A DNA stretch of 64,000 nt from an uncultured Calditrichota bacterium. Its GTDB lineage: Bacteria > Calditrichota > Calditrichia > JAJRVZ01. The translations under genes and the position numbers were made by a program. The notes under the pieces were generated by a model. It was not told the DNA's origin. It ran no database searches and saw only the letters and a list, made by a program, of their open reading frames with translations. The stretch covers positions 3,578 to 67,577 of the forward strand of contig CAZBBC010000013.1 of NCBI GenBank assembly GCA_964489835.1, read 5' to 3'. Below are positions 59,657 to 64,000 of this stretch, one piece after another (the first letter of the stretch is position 1; every line of letters begins with the position of its first letter).

Positions 59657-62600
59657 CTAATGTCTGTTGTTTGTTTTTGCTATATTATTCAGTATTTTCC
59701 CTTTTTTTATCACTTTCTTATCTGCAATTTTTCGTCTGACAGATTCTAATTGCGAATTTTTATCCGGCTTTTTTCTGGTTATTTGTTCCCTTAATTGATG
59801 GTTTTTTATGCCGAGTTCATTGATCTGCTCCAGAATAATGCTTGAATTGCTTAATATATTTTCTTTTTCAATGTATTTCAACATATCTTTCGTATTTTGC
59901 GAAATCATTTTTTCCTCAAAATTTACAGCATTGGTTTCCATGAATTCCAAATACCGGATAACCTGTACAAATAATTGCTCTACGCGACCCAGAGATTTAA
60001 ACAGGGGTTTGGTCGATATCACACCAAGAATTTTTCCTATTTTCAATAAATCAATTTTTTTAAAACCACCATTCGACCATTCTTTTACAATCTTATTCAA
60101 CTCTTTCATATCACCGGAAATTGAAAAATAGAATTTGTCTATTATATCTATAGGAACTTTTTCCTCCGGCAAATCAAAGGAAGAGATTTGTGTTTTTTCC
60201 TCTATGGCTTCATTGGTCTTTTCTTTTACAGCTATGGACGGAGGTGGTTTAAGTTCAGGTCCATCTATTTGTTTATCCGCTAATTGTATTTCCGGGATCT
60301 CTTCATTTTCTATCTTTTCTTTTTCAAGATCTTTTCTTAGTGCTCTTGCTTCTTCCCGTAACTTTAAAAGATCGTCTGCAAACACCGGAGGTTCTGATGT
60401 TGTTTCCACTACTTTCTCTTTTGCAGATTTTTCCTTTTTTATCGGTTTTTCTTTAATTTTTTTCTGTTCAATTTTTTCTAACTCTGTCTCGGTTTCAGTT
60501 GGCCTTTTTGCTTCTTCAACCTTCGCTGTTTTAGAATCTTCTTTGAGGGCCTCTTTTGCCCTTACAATTGCTTCTGAAGTATCAACTTTTTCCTTTTCTC
60601 GGATTTCTTCATCTTCTTTAACAAACTCCTCAACCGGAGATTCAACAGGTACTTCCTCCTTGTCAACTTTTTCTTCCGTTACGTCTTTGCCACTTGAACT
60701 AAGCTGTCGCTCAGCTGTTTTCCGTTCGACAGCCGGAGCAACGCTTTTTACTAAATCATTCGAAACGGCAGCACCTCTTTTATCAGCAAACACCTTTTCC
60801 GCAGATTCATAATCGAGTATTACCTGTCCATCAAGTGTTAAAAGCGGCGTTCCCGGTGGTTTCAACCTTTTTTTACCACCACGCTTAATATGTCTTTCAC
60901 GTTTTTCACTGGTGTTCAGTTTTGCTTTCACTAGCTCATTATATATACGTCTGGGTTCTAAATTAGTATTCCCGTACTTTACTGTCTTTAATTCCTGACT
61001 GATACGTTTGGGACCCCATTTAGGATGGTTAAAAATAACATCGTATAATTTGGTTTTTATCTCTATACTCAGATGCTTTTTCTCGATATAATCGGTTTCG
61101 TAAAGAAGTTCTTTAAGACCTTCCAAACCGACTGAATCTTTAACTTTTTTATATTTACGATACATGTAAGGAGAAACCAGCATTTTCTCGCAGGCTTCTT
61201 TTACCGGTACCTTTTCTTCCTCTATCATACGGAAAAGTTCTTTATGAATGGTAAAAATTACCTCACCTTGCATCAGTTTTTCTTTCACTGCAACAAAGGT
61301 AATATCATCATTTTGCGGATAGTTCTGGGTGTGGGATTTTATATCTTCTTTAATATTATTAATGAAATCGCTGACATCAATATGAGCATTTCTGCGAATA
61401 GCATCCAAAAAGCGTTCTTCCCGATATAATTCTCGTTTCGGATTCATGGCCTCCGTAATGCCATCAGTATAGAGAACAAGCAAATCATCTTCGCGAAGGC
61501 GAATTGAATCCTGTTCAATTCTTTCCTCAAACAATGAAATATCAGGCAATTGAATGCCAACCGGGAAACCGGATGGATTTAAAAAATAAGTTTGTTTCGT
61601 ACTACCCCGGTATAATATCATCGGATTATGGCCGGCACTGGCATAATGAATCACTCGGTTCCGACTGTCAAGTACCAGATAAAACATGGTGACAAACATC
61701 CCCCGCTTCATGTCATCCGTGACAAATCTGTTAACTTTGGCTAATACCTCCGCAGGATTTTTATTTCCCCTTGCTTCCAAACGCAGAGCCGTTCGGATCA
61801 TTGTCATAATCAGCGATCCCGGCACTCCTTTTCCGGCTACATCGGCCACACAAATACCAAGTGTATCCTCATCAACTTCCACAAAATCAAACAAATCGCC
61901 GCCAACCTCTTTGGCTGCTTCATAATACGATGCCAGAGCGTATCCTTTGACCTGTGGAAAATCACTGGGTAAAAGCATTTGTTGAATTTCCTGAGCGACC
62001 TGCAATTCTTTTTGCAGACGTTGCTGCTCAATAACACTGACCTGAGCCTCCCGGAATTTACTGGTCATTTGGTTGAATGCCTGGGCAATCTCACCCAGCT
62101 CATCGGAAGAATCGATATCGATCTCATCCTCATCAACCGTTCCCTGCCCAACCTGGCGCACCCAATCAGCAAGGGAATGGAAAGGGGCAACGATGCGATC
62201 AATTAGAAAATAAGCGCCCACAAAACTTATAATGAGTAAAACCAAGACAAAAATGATGATATTAAGTTTTTCAGAACCGGCCTTGGATTTAATATAATCA
62301 TTAGGTACCCAGATATGGGCCCGGCCAATGAGAGGACTTTCCGCCCGGGGATCCGCATAAATATCTGCCACAAAATCATACACATCCGATGTGTCTCTCG
62401 ACATATAACGATAAATCCTGAAATTGCCGATGGAATCCTCGATGGTCACTCTCTCCACCGGATAAGTATAGATTCCCAAAGCTTTACTTGCGGTACTGCT
62501 GGCAAAAATTTTAGCACTCGTATCGACGATAAAGACTTCCTTTATTAACCCTGGATTATTATGTCTTAAATCCTGAGCAATAGTAAAACAGGCCAGATCC

Positions 62601-63244
62601 TCGTCAGCTTGCAGCAGCTCAGAACTGTTATCGGCCAGTGATAGGACTTGTGCCCGTGTGTATTCTGTGGTTTCATCCAGCGTATCCTGATCGATTTTCG
62701 AATAAAGCAGAAAGAAAATTACCGCTGCCATTATTGATATAATTGCAGCCGCACGCATAGTATATCGCGTACGCATGGAAAGATTTTCCCACAACGCCCG
62801 TGTTTGCGATAAATCACTTTCATCTCTTTGCTTTGTTAAGCGTAACTCATTTCCGCGACCGGTGATATTATACTGGACATCATCCATTAATTTACGCATC
62901 ATGAAAATGCCAAGACCACCCTTTTTTCCGATTTGAATGTACTTTTCCAAATCCGGAGTCTGCGCCTGGCGGGGATCATAACTCAGTCCCTGGTCAATAA
63001 TTACAATGGTTAAACTCTGCTGGCGAATAATCGCCTTTATCGAAATTTCACCCCCCTTGACATCACGATAACCATGGCGGATAATATTCGTACAGGCTTC
63101 CTCAATAACCAGCTTATAGGAATTGATAATCTTATCGGAATACCTGTATTTTACCCCGATATGTTCAATAAAGTCGCGAACCTGGCCCATATAACTCATC
63201 TGGGCCGGTATGGTAATCTCTTCTTTTTTAACGTTTCTGAACAT
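59657..63244 (-). CDS. Membrane-bound RsbW-type kinase, sensor, HAMP, SpoIIE/PP2C phosphatase, HTH-like domains, acidic linker and helical C-terminal domain
   Basis: Kinase motifs EEACTNIIRHG, DQG and GGLG; two TMs; HAMP DELGEIAQAFNQM; PP2C motifs GGDLFD, ADVAGKG, AGH, YTDG and DDIT; then HPKWGPKRISQEL. Confidence 0.88.
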   Translation of the reverse strand: MFRNVKKEEITIPAQMSYMGQVRDFIEHIGVKYRYSDKIINSYKLVIEEACTNIIRHGYRDVKGGEISIKAIIRQQSLTIVIIDQGLSYDPRQAQTPDLEKYIQIGKKGGLGIFMMRKLMDDVQYNITGRGNELRLTKQRDESDLSQTRALWENLSMRTRYTMRAAAIISIMAAVIFFLLYSKIDQDTLDETTEYTRAQVLSLADNSSELLQADEDLACFTIAQDLRHNNPGLIKEVFIVDTSAKIFASSTASKALGIYTYPVERVTIEDSIGNFRIYRYMSRDTSDVYDFVADIYADPRAESPLIGRAHIWVPNDYIKSKAGSEKLNIIIFVLVLLIISFVGAYFLIDRIVAPFHSLADWVRQVGQGTVDEDEIDIDSSDELGEIAQAFNQMTSKFREAQVSVIEQQRLQKELQVAQEIQQMLLPSDFPQVKGYALASYYEAAKEVGGDLFDFVEVDEDTLGICVADVAGKGVPGSLIMTMIRTALRLEARGNKNPAEVLAKVNRFVTDDMKRGMFVTMFYLVLDSRNRVIHYASAGHNPMILYRGSTKQTYFLNPSGFPVGIQLPDISLFEERIEQDSIRLREDDLLVLYTDGITEAMNPKRELYREERFLDAIRRNAHIDVSDFINNIKEDIKSHTQNYPQNDDITFVAVKEKLMQGEVIFTIHKELFRMIEEEKVPVKEACEKMLVSPYMYRKYKKVKDSVGLEGLKELLYETDYIEKKHLSIEIKTKLYDVIFNHPKWGPKRISQELKTVKYGNTNLEPRRIYNELVKAKLNTSEKRERHIKRGGKKRLKPPGTPLLTLDGQVILDYESAEKVFADKRGAAVSNDLVKSVAPAVERKTAERQLSSSGKDVTEEKVDKEEVPVESPVEEFVKEDEEIREKEKVDTSEAIVRAKEALKEDSKTAKVEEAKRPTETETELEKIEQKKIKEKPIKKEKSAKEKVVETTSEPPVFADDLLKLREEARALRKDLEKEKIENEEIPEIQLADKQIDGPELKPPPSIAVKEKTNEAIEEKTQISSFDLPEEKVPIDIIDKFYFSISGDMKELNKIVKEWSNGGFKKIDLLKIGKILGVISTKPLFKSLGRVEQLFVQVIRYLEFMETNAVNFEEKMISQNTKDMLKYIEKENILSNSSIILEQINELGIKNHQLREQITRKKPDKNSQLESVRRKIADKKVIKKGKILNNIAKTNNRH

Positions 63245-63247
63245 ACA

Positions 63248-64000
63248 TCAATCCTGTTGAGATTCTTTCCGTTTAATACGTTCCCGGGCGCCGTTTATGG
63301 CTTCCAGTACTTTTTTATTATACGGATGGTCCTTTATGATGGCATCCCAGATATTAATTGCCTCCGTATACTTACCCAGGAGAAATTTTTCAACCCCCAG
63401 TAAGTATTGGCGTTCTGTTTCCGGGTCCATCGGTTCTGTGTCTGCCAGTGCTTCTATTTTTGAACGTGTATAATATTGCTTAATGAACTGGTTTTCCGGC
63501 TCCTGGTTGAGTACTTCTTCAAAAATTCCTAACGCCTGATCATATTGTCCAATATCATACAACATAAGACCTTGTTGTATACTTTCCTGTAATTTAACTC
63601 TTCCAACCAGAGTGTCAACCTCTTTTTTTACCTGGGGATCATCGATGGCCAGAATTCGCGCTTCCGAAAATAAGCGCAACGCCTCAGAATAATTCTGGCT
63701 TTTCATTTCCTCCCTGCCTCTGCGCATAAGGGCATTCAGGTCTTCACTAAGCCGGCGCCTGGTGGTCCTGATAGCCGAACGGACTTGCTGATTTTCCGAA
63801 TCACGCTGCTGGGCAAGATTAAACTGTATCAACGCTTCTGTATATTGCTTTTTATCCAGATATCGCCGGCCCTGTTCAAAATGTTCATTGAGAAATCGGA
63901 TATCTGCTTCTGCCCGGTCTTTATCTAAAGCATCTTTTACAGCCAAATCCTGTTGGGTCTGAAATTCACCTGCCAGCTGTGTATTCGCCGAATCTAACAT
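63248..64000 (-). CDS. TPR-repeat protein, C-terminal part (probably truncated by the window end)
   Basis: Repeated TPR helices (GRRYLDKKQYTEAL, GLMLYDIGQYDQAL, GVEKFLLGKYTEAI); the ORF runs to the window edge. Confidence 0.8.
   Translation of the reverse strand: MLDSANTQLAGEFQTQQDLAVKDALDKDRAEADIRFLNEHFEQGRRYLDKKQYTEALIQFNLAQQRDSENQQVRSAIRTTRRRLSEDLNALMRRGREEMKSQNYSEALRLFSEARILAIDDPQVKKEVDTLVGRVKLQESIQQGLMLYDIGQYDQALGIFEEVLNQEPENQFIKQYYTRSKIEALADTEPMDPETERQYLLGVEKFLLGKYTEAINIWDAIIKDHPYNKKVLEAINGARERIKRKESQQD

Noticed and set aside
60135-60812. 225-aa plus-strand Ser/Phe-rich ORF
   Set aside because: It is the antisense shadow of the Glu/Lys-rich linker of the 1195-aa protein.
60890-61245. 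An intact or recent IS481 insertion in the PP2C gene
   Set aside because: There is no DDE domain, terminal inverted repeat or target duplication, and the frame is open. It is treated as a domesticated domain instead.

Overview
Bacterial chromosomal window with AT-rich, mostly housekeeping DNA from a diderm. Gene content suggests the FCB group, such as Calditrichota or KSB1; this taxonomy is inference only. On the + strand it holds the 3' end of an L,D-transpeptidase and a possibly inactive YkuD-like partner, a Tat-DUF362/polyferredoxin pair, xdhAB, a TetR-controlled TolC/HlyD/ABC (YbhGFSR-like) efflux operon, a small unannotated ORF, tnaA, a GAF/HD-GYP phosphodiesterase and the dcw cluster (mraZ to ftsZ, without murB or ddl). 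The second half is mostly - strand: recJ, a UvrD helicase with an inserted DEDDh exonuclease, holC, a beta-barrel protein, lon with a sigma54 promoter, a PAS hybrid kinase and a U32 protein. PIN-PhoH and mutY follow on +, then patatin-POTRA-Omp85, DUF4175-like, DUF4159 and DUF456 genes on -. The most unusual item is an operon at 58.4-64.0 kb (-): TPR protein, then a membrane RsbW-kinase/HAMP/PP2C protein, then a STAS protein, then DUF456. Both partner-switching proteins carry a homologous C-terminal domain resembling the DNA-binding N-terminus of IS481-type transposases, with no DDE domain. Intergenic gaps hold several families of REP/MITE-like palindromic repeats, some nested. No rRNA, tRNA, CRISPR array or intact transposase was seen.
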